From: Lama glama | Lineage: Eukaryota | Direction of reading: 5' to 3' | Length of the DNA: 64,000 nucleotides | Assembly: GCA_028534125.1 (NCBI GenBank) | Contig: CM052816.1 | Location: forward strand, 27,716,001 to 27,780,000 | In this document: positions 53,771 through 64,000 of the stretch, piece by piece | How the letters are laid out: each line of letters opens with the position of its first letter | Position numbering within the stretch: the stretch's first letter is position 1 | The notes under the pieces: generated by a model | What the model was told of the DNA's origin: nothing | Database searches by the model: none | What the model saw: the letters and a program-made list of their open reading frames with translations, nothing else | Program-made: the position numbers and the translations under genes

Positions 53771-55054
53771 CTTGTTTCTTTTTCCTTTATCTCTCATAGC
53801 CTTTAACACATTGCCTTGTATTGAGCATACTCCCCAAATGTGTTGAATGGACTGTGTTTAAAATAAGCACCAGAATAGCTTACTGAGATTTTAATACTTT
53901 ATAATTAATGTTTATTAATATGAAAAACATTAATAGTGACCATAACAGTGAGCTCTTGCACAAATTGAATGTCACTTATGTACCAAGAATTATATTGGGT
54001 TCTTTATATGCATTCTCTTTAATTCAATATTTTAAGGTATGTCTTACTTTTCCCCCGTTCTATACATTAAGCTCAAACAGCGTAATTGGTTTTCCCACAG
54101 CTACAAAGCTGATTTCAAATATAGAACTGTTTGTAATACATTGCTCCCTATGCCAGAAACTTTAAAAAACTTTATTGAATGAGTTTCTACAAAATGAAAC
54201 AGTTTGGGAAGTTACAGCAATACATTTACTGCCTTACGTTCTAGTTCCTTAAATTTTATTTTGTCTCCACTTCCATTTGAAGGAGTACTTCTTTATATTT
54301 CTACATCTGGCTTATTTTAATCAAAATTACAATATTGATGATGAGAAGGAAAAATGAAATTAGATCTGTGTCATGGTATCATGGAAACCTTACATCAACT
54401 AATTGAATATTTTGCCTTAAATTTTAAGAACAGAAGGACATTTCCCCCACTTGGACAGCTTTGTATTTGAATACAAAATAACAAAACATAGACGTGGATA
54501 TATATACAATACAGTTTTATTTCTAGAGTCTTTACTTTTTAAGGAGAGCAGTCATTGCCTTCTCAGTACCTTTTTTTTTCTATTTTTGCAGAACAGCTAC
54601 ACTTGATGCTTTGAGTTTTATAACAAAAATCATTAAATAACCATTGCAACATATTTTATTCCTATCTTATATGTAGGTGGGGACACTTACCCTTTGCATT
54701 TTGTTGTTCAGTAGTGCCAAAATTTTAACTCCAGACATTCTATTAAGGATGATAGCTATTTGGATAAGAGGTACAGGCAAGCTGTTGCTAATAAATGTGG
54801 TACAATGATACTAACAAAAGTTTCAGAGTCTGCAGTTGAACTTGCATAGTGTGCATACAAAGAGAAAAATCACATTGTCTGACAAATTCTAATGTTTCAC
54901 GCAAAATTCTTTTCCTTTTGGCAGGAATTCAACCCCTCCAGCTTTCTAGTTCCTCTGTGGAATACTTCATCATCTGGTGTACAACCTCAGTGAAACCACA
55001 AGGTGAGTGTGACAGATTAAAGTGAAAGGAAAAGAAGGGATTATGGAAGATTAT

Positions 55055-55399
55055 ATTAGTGTTACCTCAAATATACCTTTCCTTCTTGAAAGAGGATTAG
55101 GATCCCCAACCATTTCTATGTAACATGTTGTGCCTATGATGTGAAATAGAGACTCCTACTCCAAGGACACTGGGCTCTGGCTAATGGAATGTGATCAGAA
55201 GTTAGATACACCACATCTAAGCAGAAATCTTCAACAACCATTGTCTCTTTCCACCAATCCTTTTGTTAGCTTTTCCCTCTGCTGTGAGAATTATATGTCC
55301 CAGGTAGATGTCTCACCTTTAGTAAGAAATAAGCCTTGACTGTTGTAAGCTATTGAGATTTACAGCTTGTTTATTACCATAACACAGCTGACTAATACA
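55055..55399 (+). mobile_element. Old MLT1 (I/J-like) MaLR LTR
   Basis: tctggctaatggaatgtgatcagaag...agaaataagccttgactgttgtaagctattgagattt...gctgactaataca. Confidence 0.7.
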
Positions 55400-56168
55400 A
55401 GAAAATGGTAAATTCCTTTTAGGATTTAGAGAAAATAAGTGAGATTAATCTCATTTTAGAACTACTCCACTTTAAACATAGATTCAAGTGTTATAAGCAT
55501 AACCTTCAATTGTGAGTATGTAAAAATAATGGTTTATCATTTAGAACTTCATTATGTTATGATATGAACAATGAATAGCTGCTTTTTCAAGGATAATTTT
55601 TTTTCAGTCCCAAAGGCAAATTCCAGTCAAATCTAAGAAACTGTCAAAGCCTTTTGTTGAACCAAAATGGAATTTTATTGTAGTGAATACTTTTAAAATA
55701 AATAGAATCTAAACTATAGTTTGTAAATGCTTTCTTATGCTTCATTTGTAATAGTATTTTTTTTCTGAACTCAATTTGCATGTAATGTTTATCTGGTCTA
55801 TTACCCCAAATTTAATCTAACAAATCCAAATAGTTAGTGGATGTTTAAAACAGTTACAGAACTATGAATATTTTGCAATCATTGGGGTTCCCTTTCTTAA
55901 ATATTTATAATAGCTATAAAATAACATATTTACATATAACCTCATGCTATATGAAGAATGGAATAGAAAGGTTTAAAAATTACCTCCATTTCATCCTATA
56001 ATCCTACCTCTTAGAGGTAATAACTGTTAAACATTTCTATTTTTAGTTCAAGTTTTTATTTCGCCTTTCGAAATAGCATTCTTGAACCTTGATTTCTTTC
56101 TTGATTTATCAACTTTAGATTTTATCAGTTTATTTGTGATATTGTAAACCAGTAATTTACATCCCTCA

Positions 56169-56308
56169 CACCAGTTTTTGTCAAATTTTAACACACATAC
56201 ACAGCACCTGGTGATGTAATAAAAATACGTATTATAATTAAGAACATGCAGCCTCTTAATTGTACTCCCTATTATTTGGTCAGGTTGGGATGGACTGCTC
56301 TCTAAACC
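56169..56308 (+). repeat. Direct repeat copy 1 (~140 bp)
   Basis: Near-identical to 59278-59414. Confidence 0.95.
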
Positions 56309-57879
56309 TGCTGAAAAGATGATGTTGTACAACTTCTTGTCAGCTCTTCCTTAGGGTCATTATTTCTTGGGTCTCCTATTTCCTTTCTATTAGATTTTAT
56401 GTCTTAAGAAATTTCCTTGATTATTGTTTCAAATAATTTTTCTTTATCCTTTTATGGCTGCAAGTGTCTTGATTTTGTTTTTAAAATCAAATATACTTTA
56501 AATGTAGGATTTTAGATTCAAAATCTATTGCTTTTAGAATTTTGAACACATTGCTCCATTTTCTGGTTTCCAGTAATACTGATGGGAAATTTGATGCAAA
56601 TCTTATTTTTATACTTTTGAAGGTAAACTTAATTTTTTAGGTGACTTTAAAGTCTTAAATTTATTCTTGGAGGTCTAAATTTTATTAGGTGAATCTAGGT
56701 TTGAGTTATTTCAAATTCATTATGCTGTGCATGTATCTAAAGATCCCTTAAACCTGAAGACCTGAGTCTGGCTTTCAGTTACTGCTTCTCAGACGTCCTT
56801 ATTTCCCATTTGCCATCCTCTACCATACCGTCCAGCATCTAAATAGTCTGTGAGTCCGATTCTGTTGATTTCTTTGTTTTATGATAGTGTGTTGTTTTCT
56901 CTATTGTGTCTCATAATTTTTAATGAGTTATAGGCATAATGTCTATAATTGATTTTTAGACATAATGTCATAATGTAGGAAAGACTGGGTAAAATATTAA
57001 TGTCTAGAAATGGGCAGGTCTCTTCTTCTACTATGCTCTTAGAGAAAATTGTGGAGTCCATCTTGTCAGGAGTTGAGCTGAGTCTAGAATTTTTTGTTAC
57101 TGTGGTTACTCTCAGTGCACAACCAGCTTCGAATTGCTCTAGTGTTTCCTCATGTTTAATCTGGGGAAAGGGGGGTTGTTGGAAGTTTTTTCTCAACATT
57201 CCCATGCACCCTTAGCTTTCTGTCTCTCCTAAGCCACAATGAAGTCTCTCTCCATACTCTTCTTCTCCTCCAGTAGTAGACAGTTGTTGCATATTCTTGG
57301 TGTTTTCTAGCCTCATGGTGGGAGGTCAGGGGCAGGGGGTGATGTCTCTTGTCCTGGTCCAGCTTGGGTCTTAAGTAGGCCTTGCATCCTTCAGTGATGG
57401 ATGTCTTCTATGATCCTGCTCCTTGTCCCCATGGCGGCCAGTCTCTGCCTTTTATATTTTTCAGACTTCGTGCTAGTTTTTCTGCCTTTCCCCATAAGTA
57501 GGAGATCTCTCTTGGTATGGGATTTGGAATATTTGTCGCCCATCTGTCATGGGTAGGACTTTCTTTTACCTTTCTGCAGCCACAGTGAATCTTCTCCTGT
57601 GCCCTGGGTTGGCAGGACAGGACTTTCTATTTTGCTTAAGGTATTTGAGGGTTTCGTTTCATAGAGAAGTGTCTAATTAGGACTTCAGGCTTCACTTCTG
57701 TAGACCTCACCACTAACATAAGTCTCTCCTTGGTCTACTGCTTTGCCCCTAGTCTTTTTCTTGAGTACCTGGTGGAGGTCATTGGAAAGGAGACTGTGAG
57801 CATAAACAAAATCCCATTGTGTATACAGCTTCCCAGGGTTCTACACTCTCCTGCTAGCCCACATTCAGGCTTTGGCAAT

Positions 57880-58288
57880 CGTAATAGTTAATTTTACCAG
57901 TCAGCTCAGCTGGCCACAGTGCCTGGATATGTAATCAAACTTTATTCTAAATGTTTCCATGAGGGTGGTTTTGGATGAGCTTTTTAAAATAGATAAATAT
58001 TGTATATAGCCAACTGACCTCCACAATATGGGTTGGCCTCATCCCATAAGTTGAACGCTTGAATTAAACAAAAGTCTGTCCTTTTCCAAGCAAGAAGGAA
58101 TTCTGCCAGCAGATGACCTTTGTATTTGAACAGCAATATCAGCTCTTTGCTGGGTTCAGCCTGCTGGCCCATCCTGCGGATTTTGGACTTGTCAGCCTTC
58201 ATAACTCATAATTGTAAGCCAATTCCTTAATTGTGCCTGTCTCTCTCTCCTATTAGTTTTTTCTCTCTGGAAAAAGCTGACTAATACA
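57880..58288 (+). mobile_element. MLT2(D-like) ERVL solo LTR
   Basis: TSD gcaat/acaat; ggcctcatccca...agcaagaaggaattctgccagcagatg...ggattttggacttgtcagcc...ctgactaataca. Confidence 0.88.
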
Positions 58289-59277
58289 ACAATTAAAAAT
58301 AAATTTGCCTGAATTTTTATAACCTTAAAATTTTATGGTGCCTGGATTTCTTCTTCCCATTTTCTGCCACAGGTGAGCAGAGCTTACATCTCATCTCTCC
58401 GAGGAGGGACCTATCTTTCCCTGGATTTTAGGCTACGTCATTACCTTGCAAGCTCAGTTTAAGAAAAATTAGGATTATTTTTACTTTATCCAGCATTTTC
58501 TTGTCTTTATTGTTGGCACAGTGTTCTCTCTAATTCCTACACAGAAAAAAGAACTTTCACTAATAATCTTCCTTAATCTCTCTTAGCAGAAAACTATAGA
58601 GTTTTTTCTTTTTTTAAATTTATCTTCTGCAACTCACAATATTGATATTTGGCCCAGGGTTTTATTTTTAAACTTGAAAATGGAAAGTTTCTTTTCTGTG
58701 TTATTTTTATTAAACAGTGTGATGATCCTAGTTTGATGACTCCTGTTTCTGGATAAAGACTTATGCTGGTTAGCGTAGACAGATAGTAGTCAAAGTTCCT
58801 ATGTCTATATACGCTAAGGCCTCTACCCTCAGTAGAATATCTGGTAGTAAATTATTCTTTATGTGTACAGATTTTGTCACCTGGAGGGCTACCTTTTTGT
58901 TCGAAAACTGGAAAACATCCAGGCAGTCCCAGAACCATGACAGCCACTAATGTCAGCATTGTCCTCTCTGGTGGGGAATACTCGAACGTGTTGTGTTCCG
59001 AGATGGAGCTCCTGTCCCTGCCAGCTGCACTCCGGCAGGTCCATTGCAGAGGTGGAGAGTCACTGCAGGCTTTCACCTGCCCTCTCCCCATTCTTAACAT
59101 TCACATCGTGATTGGCCACTAGGATAATCTTGCTCTTTATAAAGTACTTTTTAGGGCCCTGGGGGCAGATTCAGGTATTTTATCAGTAGCTCTATAATTA
59201 ATACATGGTGCTTCTCTATACCCCACCCCTAATTTTCTATACCTGCCATCTCCAAGCTTGAAACCTTTTCAGGTCTT

Positions 59278-59414
59278 CACCAGTTTTTGTCAAATTTTAA
59301 CATACGTACACAGCACCTGGCAATGTAACACAAATACGAATTATAATTAAGAACATGCAGCCTCTTAATTGTACTCCTTATTTGGTCAGGTTGGGATGGA
59401 CTGCTCTCTAAACC
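59278..59414 (+). repeat. Direct repeat copy 2 (~137 bp)
   Basis: Near-identical to 56169-56308. Confidence 0.95.
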
Positions 59415-59759
59415 ATCTCTGCATTGGTCTTCTTTTGTTAATACTTGTTAACACTTGTCTTGTAATTTCCTCTGGTCTGATTTGTCTGTGATTACACTCT
59501 CATGTACATTCTATCTGCTGGAAAATTTTTCCTTCATCAAAGGCATATTTTCTATTTTTAAATTATATTTTATTATTTATAGTATATCTTTAGTGTTATT
59601 TCACTATGACTTTTGGAGTCAATAAAGAAAAATGTGTACAGAGAATCCATCATCTTGAACTGGACATTTCCTTATAGACTTTTAGTCAAAGAATAAATAA
59701 CCATATTTTTGGTGAGTGTGATTCATTCCTGCTTAAATAATAATTGACCATCCATCCTA

Positions 59760-60095
59760 TTTATTTATTATTTATTCAATAAATATTGAGAGCTTTTTAT
59801 ATACAAGGCACTGTTTTAAGTGTTGTAGATATAGTGGAGAACAAGACAGACAGAAATCAGTTTATGTTATATTAAAAAGATAATTAATTAATGACTTAAT
59901 TACAGTTGTAATGTATTCTACAAGAAGAAGTTAGTTTGGAATGAAAGTATTTAATAGAAAGCCTGACCTAATCTGGGAGTGAGGGGAGATTTCTTCCATA
60001 AAGTAAAATTTGAGTTCTAAAGAATGTGTAGAAATTTCTAAGGAAGGAAAAGGTCAGGAAAAAGTATTTTATACTGAGAAAATGGCATCAAATGA
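59760..60095 (-). mobile_element. L2 3' fragment
   Basis: tttattcaataaatattgagagc...caaggcactgttttaagtgttgtagatatagtggagaacaagacagac. Confidence 0.7.
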
Positions 60096-61520
60096 AATCC
60101 CTATTATCCTTGGGATTCAGTGACATCTACCTTCTCCTTCTTGGCAAAATCAAGCCCAGAATTTCCTTTTTTCTTATATGTATAACTGTACTCAATAAAT
60201 TAATGTCAGAAAGTTAAGAGATGAGTTTCTAAAACCTGTTCTGTTACTGATGAAGTTCTTTATTTTTGGTAAGTTACTTTATTTCTTGAAGATTTGATGC
60301 CTTACTGAATTGTTTAAGTTTTTATAATTGCTACAAGAATTTTGGAGAGAAGATAAAATAAGAGATAATGATAATAATCAGGAGATGTAGAAATGTTCGT
60401 TTGTCTTAGATACTACTACTGTTGTTTAACTCCATACAAATAGTTCAAAAATAGTACCAAGCTAAGTACGCCAAATGTTCATTGAAGTATTGTACGTAAT
60501 AGCAGAAATATAAAAATAAGTTTAATTTGATATTATCAAATTAATGAAAAATTATTCAGCTACTAAAATGAATGGCTATATGGAAGCATGGGAAATTATA
60601 TTGTAAAAGTAAGTTAAAGGAGTAGATTACAAGTTTGTATGGATTTGAAATTTGCAAAAGTGAAAATAGTTGTGTTGATGTTGTAACTTACAGAATTGTT
60701 TTCTTTTTCTCAAATGATTCTTTGATATGAATATAGTAGTTTAGAGGGAAAAATGACAGTGTAGCTATAACAAAAATCTGCTCCTTCTGACTTGTCTTCT
60801 GAGGTTTAATGAAACTAAATATGTTAAGTTTTCTGAGCTAGACATGGCAATTTTCAGATATTCATGGGTAACATGTTTCTCATGCTCCAAATACAGAAGA
60901 TGATGCAAAGTGAGAGATGGTTATCAAATCTCTCTCTGCATGTGTCAGATTCAATCATATGAAAATCATTCCTTCGGGACTTGAGCCTATCTGTCTTTAT
61001 AGATTTCTACTAAAATATAGATGGTCCTGGGAAGAGTAACTCCTTAAGGCATTGTTAACTAACATCTTTGCTGACTGCAGTTGGCTGAACCCATAATTTA
61101 GTGACAGAAAGTTATGAGAGACTCTAGGGTGAAAATGGAAAGAAAACCAAGTTGGTAAAGAGCAGAGAGTAGGAACTACACTGAACTTAGTAAAATGTCC
61201 AACAGATGTTATTCCAGTGAACAGTTCTGCCTTAGGATTAGCCTCATATTTGTGTTTGCTTTTGAAAAAACTTACTAGTACCTATCTGTCAATTTATTAC
61301 ATCAATCATTTACTTTCTTTTCAACCATGCACCCCAGAAGAATATAGCAAGGTATTATATTTTTAAAGAAACCTAAATTGAAAATTGGAATCAAGGAAAG
61401 TAACTGTTAGTAGAAAATACAAAATCATTTAAAAAAAAAAACACCATTATGGTAAGATAGATTAACAAAAGATGTCACAGTTGAACCTTAAATTTGGCTT
61501 TCAGTTTTCAGCAAGCCAAA

Positions 61521-61577
61521 GGAAAGAAAGAAAGAAAGAAAGAAAGACAGAAAGACAGACAGACAGACAGACAGACA
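61521..61577. repeat. Compound (GAAA)n(GACA)n microsatellite
   Basis: Directly visible. Confidence 0.9.
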
Positions 61578-61929
61578 TGATTTATTATGTATTTCTGATC
61601 ATAACAGAAGAAAGGAAGCATGCTTGTTTGACTAGAATCAAAGCATGTGATTCAACTGAACAGTGAAATATTTCTTTACAGGAGACAAAGCCCACTTTAA
61701 ACTCTTTCTCAGGCTTTTCTTTTCAAAGAAAGGGCATGACTAAGTGTACTGCCCCAAGGTTCTGTACATTGAGAAGATTATCTCTTGCCACTGACTTGCA
61801 AGCTATCCCTGAGTGAAGTTAGTGCAATTTCTGGCCATTTTTGGCTTGCATCCACCTACCAAACTGTCCCAACTCTGAACCAAGCTCAGACTTTTTTTCC
61901 TTGGTCAGCTAGTTGTGAGAAATGCCTCA

Positions 61930-63020
61930 TAGGTCCATAGATGTGAGCGGAGAGAGAGCTACTGGTACAGCGGGAATGACATGGAGGTGTGGGCTACATA
62001 CTCATGCAGTGTGCTTGTGACCTCGGGTTCTGTGTGTGCTAGACCCATCTTAAGACAGATTTTTGTTGGGGCACACTGTTTCATACAACTTGATACGTCT
62101 TAAAATACCAAACTCTTGATGGGCACATATGGCAGCAAGATCACTTAGTACCTCCTGGGCAAGCTGTCTATCACAGTAGCATGCCAGAGGTTGTTCTTCA
62201 AAAGGTGATGAATTTGAGCTACAGATTGCATGGTCTTGCTCGAGACCTCTAGCAGTTTCCATTGTGATTTCGTTGGAGCTTTCCCTGAGTTCCACATGAG
62301 CCTTTTCCCACCACCAAAAGCTTTAAGACCATAGGTCTACCAATTGTTTTGCTCAAGTAGCTCAGCTGCTTGCATTGTAGTTTGGATGCTCAGCAGGGCC
62401 CTTCCTGCTCTGGGTCCCATGGAGAGCTGCTTAGGTTCACCTTTGTTCACAAACAGAGCTCTTATCATGGCGGGGCAGATCTGCCTTGATTGAAGGTTTA
62501 ACCTTTTCTGGAGTTGGGCTACTCCAACAATTAAGTCTTGGGCCTGCTCCTCAACTTTCTCTGCCCTCTGTAGCAGATTAGTGACTCTTTGTTGAGCTAC
62601 CAAGGAGACCCTCTGGCTGCCATCCTTAGCCATTAATCAGTGACTAAGTGCCCCAGCTTTTCTCTCTTTTCTCAGAACATCAGTTGTTCTTGGTAGTAAC
62701 CACCCAACTGGATTCTTATTTATAGTTACTATTTCTCCCATATTTCTCAGATGCTTGACGCAATGTACCAACTAATGTATTTTGCTACACTGACATAGCA
62801 TCCCGATTTATGGCTCTGGAGAGTTTTAACAATTTGGGCTGCCGCTTGTGCCAGAGACTATGGTGCTCTGTCTGTGACTAGCAATGGAGGAGCATATTGC
62901 CAGTAGGTAGCAAGTGATCCAGTTCCACACCTCCATCTTAGTGCTCTTTCTTGGAAGACTTCCAGTACCAACTATTGCAGATCTGTTCCCTGGGGATCAC
63001 CCTCCAAGATGCAATTTTAA
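61930..63020 (-). mobile_element. Decayed ERVL internal remnant (gag joined to pol RT/RNaseH)
   Basis: ORF 62337-62633 has gag-like QRAEKVEEQAQDLIVGVAQLQKRLNLQSRQ followed by pol-like ALLSIQTTMQAA; ORF 62050-62295 has RNaseH-like SPFEEQPLACY. Confidence 0.72.
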
Positions 63021-63072
63021 CATATTCTACCTCACCCTATCCAAGACTGGCTTAGCTTTCCTCTTTCCTTCT

Positions 63073-63162
63073 CTTTATTTTTTGAGGAGGTATTGGGGAT
63101 TGAACCCAGGACCTCAAGTATGCTAAGCATGTGCTCTACCACTTGAGCTATATGCTTCCTCC
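63073..63162 (-). mobile_element. tRNA-Ala(AGC)-derived short SINE (camelid-type)
   Basis: Minus strand tatagctcaagtggtagagcacatgcttagcatacttgaggtcctgggttcaatccccaatacctcc plus an A-rich tail; A-box and B-box present; 14-bp TSD tcctctttccttct (63059-63072) / tcctctttcattct (63163-63176). Confidence 0.85.
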
Positions 63163-64000
63163 TCCTCTTTCATTCTTGAATTACCATCTTTCTGATTGAA
63201 AGTTGACAAGTTTTACTGTAAATACATTAACCCCAGAGAACTCCCAGACTACTGAGCTGAAATCCCAGGAAAATCTTTAAAGTATTATAATGAAAACTAG
63301 CTAGTCAACTAATTAAAAACATATTTTGTCAGTGCAAGGTTGATACATATATATTGCCTCATACATAGAATGCTAGAATATTTACTCAAATATGACTGCT
63401 AAATTCATGGGGATTAAAAGCAAAAATATAAGATTCCATTATGAAGATTTCGGAAAGCTGTTAAAATTCATAGAAACTCTTCTATCATTATACCCATGGG
63501 GCCTTATTATAGACTTTGTCCAGATATAGGCAGTGTGGTCAAGTGTTGGCTTCTATTTATAGATTAGAAAGTTATGTTCCTTTGAAAAATGACTGAATAC
63601 TTGGGTGGGTTTCTCTGGTCCCTGATGATGTAGTTCAGAGCATAACTTACGTGCTTACTTACTTCCCAAAGGTAATGTAAACATTAATTACAATAATACT
63701 CATAAAGTATTTGTAGCTTTTTAATAAAAATTGAAAGAATTACTAGTAAATTTTATTTTTATTAACTTTGTTCTACAAGTCTAAGCTAATAGTGATTTAA
63801 AACTTTTTTAGTAAATATAAAAAAGATGTATTCTTGCCAGACACTATTAGTTTCCTTGCTGGTTAACCCTGCTTCTTCCTCCTTTTTTTGTTGAATGTCA
63901 TTAGGTTTTTATTTCATGTCAAGAAAAGAATCTCATCACATACTTTCGTGAGGTAACATTTTTGATTAAGACAGTTAGCCCTGCTTCTTGATTTAAGATC

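Larger units (their letters stand above)
56330..59670 (-). mobile_element. Ancient L1M/HAL1-type 5' region (ORF1/5'UTR remnants), fragmented
   Basis: ORF1-like tagaattttgaacacattgctccattttctggtttccagtaatactgatggg; 5'-end-like ccatcatcttgaactggac at ~59650. Confidence 0.55.

Noticed and set aside
56169..59414. Novel LTR element or composite transposon bounded by the 140-bp repeats
   Set aside because: No TG..CA ends, PBS/PPT or TSD, and the interior is ancient L1-like DNA with an MLT2 LTR, far more decayed than the repeats.
63085..63160. Functional tRNA-Ala gene
   Set aside because: Stem mismatches, an A-rich tail and a TSD indicate a retroposed SINE.

Overview
AT-rich, repeat-dense mammalian genomic DNA, probably from a camelid (inferred from a tRNA-Ala-derived SINE at ~63.1 kb; I saw no ruminant, pig or carnivore SINEs). 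I can support one protein-coding gene: intronless mitochondrial ferritin FTMT (minus strand, 10562-11290, 242 aa). It lies in the only clear CpG island, with a CRE/GC-box upstream region and an AATAAA ~120 nt after the stop. The rest is intergenic: old L2, MIR, L1, MaLR/ERVL LTRs, Tigger and hAT elements, two decayed ERVL gag-pol remnants, a complete LTR-int-LTR MaLR provirus and microsatellites. I found no convincing new multi-gene system. The best leads are: an IRE-loop vestige inside the FTMT targeting-peptide codons; Val in place of a conserved inner-surface Glu of FTMT; a CpG-rich MaLR LTR with a perfect splice donor, plus candidate + strand exons (possible lncRNA); a young ~140 bp duplication 3.1 kb apart; and a small twin-primed inverted L1. 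Repeat family names come from recalled consensus sequences and need RepeatMasker/Dfam confirmation.
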